The translations under genes were made by a program, and so were the position numbers. From contig OZ249436.1 of the NCBI GenBank assembly GCA_965235115.1, positions 38,938,001 to 39,002,000 on the forward strand: DNA of 64,000 nt. Direction: 5' to 3'. This document shows, piece after piece, positions 54,717 through 64,000 of the stretch (within the stretch, counting starts at the first letter, position 1; the number at the start of each line of letters is the position of its first letter). Under the pieces are notes generated by a model. It made no database searches, was not told the DNA's origin, and saw only the letters and a program-made list of their open reading frames with translations. Source of the DNA: Laetmonice hystrix (Eukaryota).

Positions 54717-57700
54717 TTTCCTCTTCTGTTTTCTGTATGCGTTTCTCTCTTTGCCTCAAGGAGTTTAGATATCAAAGATTCTCCATGCCGTTGAAGGTTG
54801 TCACGAATCTATACGCCTTCCTATAGTCTAGACTATACAGATATATAATATAATGCTGCACATTCGCGATTCTCTAGTTAATGCTTAAATTAAGAAAGAA
54901 ATTGTAACAAGCGAAGACGACCGCGTGCCGTGGCGGGGTGATGGAGTTCACAGGGGCTCCCTCTGCTGGTGGTCGGCCGAACTGACAAATGTCGTCTGGC
55001 AAGCTATGGCGGCTCACCTTCCCGCCATCGGCGCGCGCCCAATCTCGGCAACCATGATCATCCTATTACAGCGGGCGATTAAAACGCGATTTGTTCTCTG
55101 ATATATTACATCTCAGTCGACGTCTGCCATAAATTAGCCTTGTAAATGTGACACGAAATCCCCCGGCCGCGAGCCCATCTCAACGACTAGCTAATTATTA
55201 TTAATTTAAATGCATTGATACATTTAAATCGGTGATTGCGGCGAGCGCGTGGTTAATGCTTTTGGCTGTCATTGATCAGCCTCGACAAATGTGACGGGGG
55301 TTGGCTTTATTTTCAGGACCGAGCGATCGTGCGTCATTGTTTATGTCGGTCTTTTGCAGCAAGTGGCCGCTATGTCAGTATAGAATGGCCGGCTGGCGGC
55401 TGAACGGACGCGCAGTGCCCGGGCTATTATCAACGCGTCGCGCACCGTCAGTCAGTCACCCGCGCCAAGCCGACCTTGCCCATACTACTCACACCAGCCC
55501 CCGCTCACCGCCGCCGCCAATATATATGCTCTTTTAATACGGTCACTGTTGACAGCGTTCTGATGACCGGGATCTAGAAGAAAAACGCGCCTTAACGTGG
55601 GACTTAACTTTTTTCAATTATCAGTGTTTGGGTGATTCTGTGCGGAACCCGGTCTATAGCTTGTGGATTCGGGAAAGGTTTATCCACCCTAATATGGCCA
55701 CCGCCCTAACGGCAGGTACTGACATTGTAAAAATCGGAGTGTTAGGGGCCCAGAGGTCATACACATTATCATTCCATGGGATAGTTTATTCTAACCACGC
55801 ATGAGATCTACCCTAAAGCGGAGTGCTTAGATCCGTGCTTGTGCCCCCTATTTCACAATTACAAATATCCAAACCATGGATGCTTTAGCGCCAAAATATT
55901 TTGAAGCAAAGTGACTTAAATTTGGTATAAATGTATATCGAACATGTTAGGTGTATAATAGGTAGGCTAAGACAGTGACACCCCTCCCTCCTTGTCTTTG
56001 ACTAGTTCCCTGTGACATAATATTTTTGGTTAACTGATCCATTCTCGTATTGTCATCGTGTGATGAGGAGATAATTGGGATGAATTTACCGTTGATGAAT
56101 ACAATCTGGTATCAGCAATGGAGGTCCGCTGTAGCTGTGACAGCACCATTCGGGTGGAACGGTCGGCTCCGCCACGCGTGAAATCGGCCAAATCACGGCA
56201 CATTGGCACATTATGGCACATTCACAGCAGGCAACACGGCACCTCAAAATCCCGCTTGTCAGAGTCGCCAAGATGGAACGGGTCTCGAGACAATTGGCGC
56301 CCCGCGCTCGGGGCTCCGGCGCGTGCCCATCGCTCATGGGGCCCGATGGCTCGTCATAGCACCAACGGTCGGCCATTGTCGGCAGTGTGACAGACCCGTC
56401 CCTGCTCCACCACGATAGAGATGTAGCGGCAGAGCTTGTGTCAATGCCGACTGCGGTGCCATGTCACTGCGGCACAGCCACCAATCCACGCGGGTACACG
56501 CAGCCATTTTGGGCCACCCCCAGACGGTAAAACCATGCAGGAATTCGGTGTGCCTGATAGGCAATTTATTCTCGATATGACACGGTGAGGTCTACGTATC
56601 GGAGTCGGCCAGGCGCCCGCGGGGACCTCGGAGATTTAAGTGAGGCGATATGGCCTTTACAGCAGAACGACCTATTCACGGAGAATACTTGCGGGGACTT
56701 CAAGTAGTGAGGTCCATTTTAATAGTTCTTCTAATCTCAAGCTGTCTAAGGGCGGCGGACCCCCAGTGGGGGTTCTAATATAGCGACACCAATGACTCGG
56801 GGTGATACGGAGAAAGGGAGGGTTAACCAAATCAACTTAGTGGACGGCGGCCAGAGACCTTCCATTTGCAACGGCGGAGGGAGGCAGTCTGCGCCAAGGG
56901 TAATCACTGCACTCTACAGGCAAGGATCCAGCGGGGGGAGGGGGGGGGGGTGGCTGCTCTCTGGATTTAAAGTATCATTTCGTTCCCTATAAACATACCG
57001 TATAACGTTTTATCCAAGCTAGTTCTGCAGAGCTCACAGTGAAAATGATGATACTTACTCGGCTTATACTTCTGTGAGAGAGATTTCTGGATACAACATA
57101 TACAAGACACCTGATAGACAGTATAGGCCTACCACTTTCAACACTACCACCCTCACGCCGTAAAATGAGGACAAACTAGCATATATTTTCAATTCTGCAT
57201 ACTGACAAGGTTGTTTTAATACGTCATGTTACCACAAGGTAGAGTGGTATACCACAAGCTTCCACTGCCTCGGTGGAACATATACTACAGCCTAGATTGC
57301 AGGTCAAGATTGGGTCGGCCAGGGGGTATACGAGTCCTCACTCTCGATCACGAAATATCGCATGCTTTACACGAAGCAAAAAGTAAATTTAACTGTGGTA
57401 CTACCTCTTCCCTAAAACAGAGGTAGCAAAAAAGTTAGTGCCACTTCGAGGTCAGTTAGTCAAGAAAAATTTGTCATCAACCATAACACTTTGATTTATA
57501 GAATAATTGCATGGTTTTGTCCAGAAACAGCATTGGACATTAACATCATGCTTTCTCATGTGTACTGATTACACATTTGTTTACATTTAGGATTACTATA
57601 CATTAGGCCAACACCTTTAGAACATTGAGGACAAATATACATACATGAAACCATTCCCCTCCTACGCAAATGCCTTTTTCCGAACTGGTCAATGTTTCAA

Positions 57701-60700
57701 TGGCCCTTGGCTGAGTGGCAACTAACCCGACCATAGGCTACGAGTACCCTTCCGTCAGTCGTCTGTAGAACCAAAACCTCTTCCGTTCCCGAGGCGAGAG
57801 CAGTGGCCGAAGGTGGCTTTCATTGTGCACGTCCAGCAAATAACGCGCGAGAAATTATCGCCTCTGTCGCAGGTATACACTGTTTGCACAACCCTCACTG
57901 GCCGAGAGCCATTTTACCTAGGTATATTTATTCAGCCAAAGTGCAGTGTCATTGATACATTTAGTTACAATGTAGCGGCGGCCCGTCGGATGTGTCAACC
58001 ATTGATCTGGGCCCAACATCTGTGTGCCTACTGCGCCCCATCTTCGCCCAGCCTTGACCTATGGTCTCTTTTCTCCCGCTCCCCTTCCACCATCCGAGTC
58101 GCTCTCAATCTGGACATCTTGAAACCGTTCTTGGCCCTAAGCACGAGTGCGTTGGCGTTGAGAAGTTGGTGGCTGCATTGTTGAAGTCGAAAACTTTGCT
58201 AAGCATACATTTATTTGGATTAGTAGAACGTAATTTTCCAAGAAGCAGTGTGCTGTCTCTCTGTGACAGTTTGTCCATGGCGGTGCAGGGGCAAACAGGA
58301 AGTGGGTGTTTGCGTTCGACTGAAAACATAGAGTTTCCCTACCAAAGGAAAGTGCTTCATTTGTGTACAACCACCATCATGAACTATTTCAGAAGTTGTC
58401 GCCAGCTTTTCCCTTTCCTCTCCTTTTTGTCATGCAGTATTCTTCTTTTCCTCCTTTCTTTTTGACCAATTTCATCTATATGGCGAGGGCTAGTAATCAA
58501 ACTTACGAGTGTGGTCATTCAGTTACCATGTGTAACCTGAATATACGGATTAAAAAAATAAAATTACATAGCATCTGCCGTCTTTCGTGGTCACTCGGTG
58601 TTTCAATTATGAGCTATAGGCTGTTTATTTATGCTATCCTATTATAGGTACACATATAGCACAAACAAAAACATATATGTTCTCAAATACTGGTACCTGC
58701 CTTGTCTAAGGGCGTGAACGGCACGCCCTCAAGTGTCTGCTGCATAAAGCATCCATGGTTGGGATAATTTAATCCACATGGATTATGAGTATAAACGGTT
58801 ATTGTCCAACTCAAATAAAAAGTGCGCCATTCAAAGAAAAAAAGGACAATAGGTTCACGAGCCTGTATACATATGGCTACATGTCTCCCGATACATCTGG
58901 GTGTAACAAAGGCTGGTTATATTATAAGCAGGTGTGGTCCTCTAAGTTTTATGGTGCTACAATTTATTGTTGAATTGGCATCCATAATGATATCTTCACT
59001 GTTGTTTTATCTTTGGAGATCAGGGAATGTTGCCAATCGCTGTAACTCTCCCCCCCCCCTCCAATCTAAAGGAAGTAAATGATTTACCTTTTGCTCAGCC
59101 CGACAGGACTCTAATTTACGTGTGCACACCTTACAAACAGAACCAACATGGCTGGTGTAAATATGACCACAATGTTCCTTTTTTAATACGTAGAAGAAAT
59201 GGGTTACAGTAAGTGAAATGTACATAAGGCCCAGTTTTGGTTATCACAGCCATGCCTTATAGCAATACCCGCTATGACACATCCTATTTATCGGTCAACC
59301 GAATTTCAAACATTGCCAAGTTGCACGGACTTGTTGGCACAAAGCCGACCGAGAAGTGGTTCGGTCATTGAGTTATATCAACCGATTCGTCAGGTACATT
59401 TTATTGGGGTACACCTGCATCGTCTATGTACCTTTGGCGCAACAGGAAACTAGTCCGTAAAGCGGAGTACATATATCTTACTTGGCCTTTGATTGACTCG
59501 CCAAGCACAGTGAGGTAAATGGTGGTGCTCCTGGACGCAGCTGTGTGTACACCAGCCCACGTCCTTCTCCAACAGATACATCTATAGTGTCATCCCCGAA
59601 GGGTCCTTTGTGTATCCTGTTCGTATCACCCGACTTACACTTCGTACCTATGGCGGCGACTCGTTCATCAAAAGATGCATGTTTGCACAATGTTCGTGAA
59701 CGGCGAAGAAAGGTGTTGAGGGGAGGTGCCATTATTCGCTACTGATAATGGCATTAGCGCTCGGTAAACTTTCACGTTTCAAGATGTATGGGCTGATTTT
59801 AGCGAGAACTAAACCAAAACAGCAGTGCGTTTATGTATGGCAACAACGAATGAACCTGCGGATAAACTTCGTGTATTTTTTCTTTCTTTTTTTAAACTGG
59901 GCTTTATGTACGCGAGTTGTCTGCAGTAAGGTGTATGCAACAGGTCAGATCCGGAAGTGGACAGCTCGGATACAGCAGCTCTGCGCATGACAGCAATCGG
60001 TGTTCCGGAAATGAGGCGTATAGGTTAAGTACATTATTCAATTCGTCATGAAAATGACAACCTACAACAATGCTCACATGTATAGTCCATTATGATAGGA
60101 AAACCAAAGGCCTCGAACTTAAAATGCAGAATAAACTTAGAGTACTGTCAGACAAGTTCAATAGTCGAGGATTAACCTAATACATGTATACGGATTTAAA
60201 AAAATATATGTGATGCTACTTCCGGTTTAATCTACTAGCATACTGATATCTTCCAAACCAGACCTCGAACAGAATTACAATTCACCATCTTCATGGAGAT
60301 TTCAGATATCCATTTTCAGAGTGTATACATTCAATTTCATTTCAAAAGGTATCTCACAGGGCATGGAATTTACGAAGAGATACATAAATTAAAGAAATGA
60401 CAACTGCCACGGGCCTAGATCTGCAAACTTACAATTGGTAGAGATAATCTTTCTAATTAACCTTTTCTTTAAAAGGCTCTACTGTTATACGGATGAAAAT
60501 ATATTAAATCATCCCACTATGTTTTTTTTTGTTTATGAGAATATTATCTTTAAAACCTCTGTGTCTCATGAAATGTGGTCACTGGCCAGAAAACATTTTT
60601 GACGCCTATTTTTCTTCGTATTCTTCAAAAGATCTTCTGTAGTACTTCAGCTATTTGAAACTAAAAGATTTAATGAACGCAGCAATGTATACATTAACAA

Positions 60701-61309
60701 GTATCTTCTCCCCCTCCACCAAAAATGGGTCTCATTAGTGTTCCCGATGTAGGCATGTGCAGCTTTGTTCTGGCAATGGCCTCAAAATAAAAAATGGTAT
60801 CTAAATTTGAAAATGTAAACAAGATAAATGCTGGCTGTATTTGCAGGCACACACCAACTCGGACCGAATTGAAAAGTGTGTATTTTTACTGTTTTTTTTC
60901 TCTAGGTTATTTACCAGAAAACGTAATTATGCCAACTGTAATGAAGCACAACATTTACTATACAGATACAGGCTTGGTTTGTGTAGCTCGGGACTTTGTT
61001 GCTCTCCGTGGTATGGTCCATGTAATTAGCAGCAGGAATCCATTCTCTGAGGCCTCATTCTAGCGTCTAGACAGAGGTCAAAGCCCCGAAGACCAATAGA
61101 AACAATTGAGAATGTAGGCCGGCTCAGAGGAGACTGAGGCCTTTCATACTGCCGTATCATTTGGGTTGTCTTTCCTGCAGTACAACGGAATGGCTTACTT
61201 AACCGCTATTACGCCAGCAACCCAGGACAAGCAGAGCAGATAGGGCAGTATGGTTGGTGGATATACAACATGTAGACCCCCTTTCAGGAGAAAAAAAGGT
61301 ATTAACTTG

Positions 61310-61412
61310 TGTACTAATTAGAACATAAGGTATTAGTACATTTATGTACTAATTAGAACATAAGGTATTAGTACATTTGTGTACTAATTAGAACATAAGG
61401 TATTAGAACATT
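61310..61412. repeat. 35-bp tandem repeat x3 with internal palindrome
   Basis: TGTACTAATTAGAACATAAGGTATTAGTACATT recurs at about 61310, 61345 and 61380. Confidence 0.93.
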
Positions 61413-62459
61413 TTGTATCAAGATATAAGTGGCTAAATCATAGCAATGGTCTTCAATCTTTAGTCCTTTAGATTCCAAGGGCATGTTTCTAAATATACTG
61501 CATGGATATTCTCCGTGTCTTTCAGCCCTATCTTCAATGTGTATGTACAAGGTAAGGTATCGAACGGCACAACCATATTCTTTCTGGCGTTTTATTTGAC
61601 ACACGTTGTATGTAGTCGCTTTTTTGTGAGATATTGTCATACTGATCCAATGAAGTGGATTGTGATGCCAGGATCCCGTCCTTCAAACTCCCACACGAGC
61701 GGTAGATTTAATAATAAACAGTCTACCCCTAGACAAGATCGTGTACATTGCCTACCTGACATTGGCTTGCTGTACAGAGCATCCTCCATCATGGTGGGTG
61801 GAATCGTTTCGTGTCTCAGCAGTTATCACGAGTCGATCTGTGGTGGCGTGACGTCGCGAAAACGTGAATGTTCCAGCGAGCAGACGACCGACGTGACCAT
61901 GCCGCCAAAATTGACACCACTTTAGGCCAATGCCTACGCTGCGCACTCCCTATTGCACGCTTTCCCGCGTTCTTGTTCCGGCCACGCCCATGCGCAGTGA
62001 ACCTCCGATTACCGACGCTCACATTGGCCGTCCGTATGCGAGGCGTAGGTTACAGGTACTTGTGTCAATTTCCTTCAATTAACCTGCAACATCGTGGAGG
62101 CGCACTTGCATCAGGCCAGGTTGTGGAAGGAATAAACAAACACTGCACTCCAGTTGCCTTGGGCAGGAAGAATTACCGCTCTAATACGCTTTTCATTTGG
62201 ACGGGACGGGTCGTTAAGTCCGCTGCTGAGGTTTGGCCGGTCCTCCGAGAATTTCCCAAATGATGAAAATGACCATAATGTTATTAAGCGCCGTTCGGGG
62301 GAAGAGGGGGTTGTGGGGGTTGATCTAAGTGTGCCAATAACCTCAAGAGCCGGTAATGAAGCTGTCCAGTGATGGAAATGGTGCCACGCGGTCAACGGCC
62401 AGGGGCAGGGGGCAGGGGGCAGGGGGCAGGGATTTCACATCGACTTACTCATGCAACGA

Positions 62460-62660
62460 CTCTGTCTCTCTCTGTCTCATTCTGTCTCTGTCTGTGCGTC
62501 TCTCTCCCCCTCTCTCTCCCTCTCTCTCATTGTCTTCCTCCCTGTCTCCTACTCTCTCTCTCTATCTCTTCATCTTTCTCTCCCTCTCTCTCATTGTCTG
62601 TATACTTGTTTCCCTCCTGCCCCTCTGCCCTTATGCACCTCTCTCTTTCTCTTTCTCTCA
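62460..62660. repeat. Degenerate CT-rich low-complexity tract
   Basis: Pyrimidine-rich CT/CTGT mosaic. Confidence 0.85.
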
Positions 62661-64000
62661 AAGGCCTCGCCATAGGGCCGCAGGAGGCACCGCCACAGAC
62701 ATTGGCGGTCGAGGAACCACCCTTGAAGTCACTCTCCTTTGAATAAGTTCTCGGCGACCAGCGCCATCTAACCACGACTCTGGCCGTCCTGTGTGAGTGA
62801 AGGTCTCATTGAAGGCGGATAACTATCATGCACGATCAAGCCTGAACTGATAGCCAGCAAGACCTCCCACCCACCCCAGAATTGAGGGTCACTAATCAAG
62901 GCATTGATTTCCCCAAACATGCGGCCTTTGTGACCCCGCGCTTACAGCGAGGGCGCAAGGAGATCGCCTGATTTAGGAGCATTGAAGGCAAAGGCCGGAT
63001 TCTTATCGAAGACTCAAGGGGGTGTGATAGCAATCCAGCTAGTTGAGATGACCTCTCTGTGTGCGAGTCTATTAGACAATGGACATTCCCAATGAAAGAC
63101 CGGGGAAATGTCTGGCTGGATCCGCATATCCGTATAGGAAGTATTGTGTTGATGTAAACATTGCATCGAGCTCCAAACACTTTTATAACGACAAAGGATA
63201 TTCTTGAAAATTGGAAATTGTATTTTGAAAATGAAAACTGTACATGTGATGCATCATTAGACAGGCCTAATGGCATATAACTGGTAAACCTTCAATCTGA
63301 AAAGTCCACGAACCAATAGACATATTTACTTGATGTAAGTGCCATGTAGGACTTTCTTGTATTAAGTTACTAGAACAAAAATCGCCCTTGATGCTTGATG
63401 GAACTCCTCATCAAGCGCTACATGCATCTACCAACAGTCCTCCCAGCGGCTTGAATGAGGAACCGCGCCAAAACGCCTCGCGACAACCCGGCGCTTTCTA
63501 ATGATAACAACCGCTTCCCCGGCCTGCTTTGGCGCCTCACTTAGAGGATCGTAGCCTAATACCAGGGTCTCCCAGCTTCTTCACGATTCACAGCTCGCTA
63601 TCTCTGCCTAATCGGGTCGTCACAATGGCCTTACGGGCCCGAGTCTATCTGCCGTGAAGCGCCGCGATAGCGACTGGCGGTGGCGCCAAGATTTCCGATC
63701 ACTGGAGCTATCTTTGAGCCAGAGTGGTTACGCTGCGCGCACCCTGCATTTATCATTGCCGTTCGTCCGTGCACAAAAAGCGCGTGTTGAGAGCATGGAT
63801 TTAATGGTAACGCAGCAAGTTAATTAACGCGCGAAGCTCACAGAGCTCGAGACTTATTCATTGCTTTTTGGACATTTGCCGCTCAAATTATTTTCAAACT
63901 CAGGGAAACAGGTAATCTCGAGAGGATTGCCAAGTTATTGAGTAAGGATCGATCAAGATAAGAATTGCATTTTACTGTTATGATATACGGTGAAGGGCTT

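Noticed and set aside
55900..64000. Further upstream Pitx exons or transposon coding remnants
   Set aside because: I could not recognise any protein similarity or convincing exon in the short ORFs. This cannot be excluded without RNA-seq or a translated search.

Overview
This is eukaryotic DNA from a bilaterian animal, probably an invertebrate such as a lophotrochozoan (inference). It is a gene-poor window with one protein-coding gene: a three-exon Pitx homeobox gene on the minus strand (CDS 48846-48513, 46808-46588, 40793-40245; 367 aa). The protein has a PRD-class K50 homeodomain split by the canonical codon 46/47 intron and a C-terminal OAR motif. The rest is non-coding: many tandem arrays (11, 35, 39, 39/46, 41, 42, 43, 97-98 and 102 bp units), microsatellites, a few MITE-like inverted-repeat elements and motif-dense candidate regulatory DNA. 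The most striking observation is that the 3' half of the homeobox exon, together with its splice donor, is tandemly triplicated. This gives three identical AGG|GTATGT donors that are all in frame and stop-free, so alternative donor choice could produce Pitx isoforms with a rearranged homeodomain. Other points of interest are a 3.2-kb TGACAG/GTCTG-bearing satellite with an inverted orphan monomer just upstream of the promoter, a CTCF-motif cluster, paired K50 (TAATCC) sites and a strong excess of the palindrome TAGGCCTA. The long ORFs in the ORF track are repeat artefacts. All coordinates and counts were read by eye; no searches were run.
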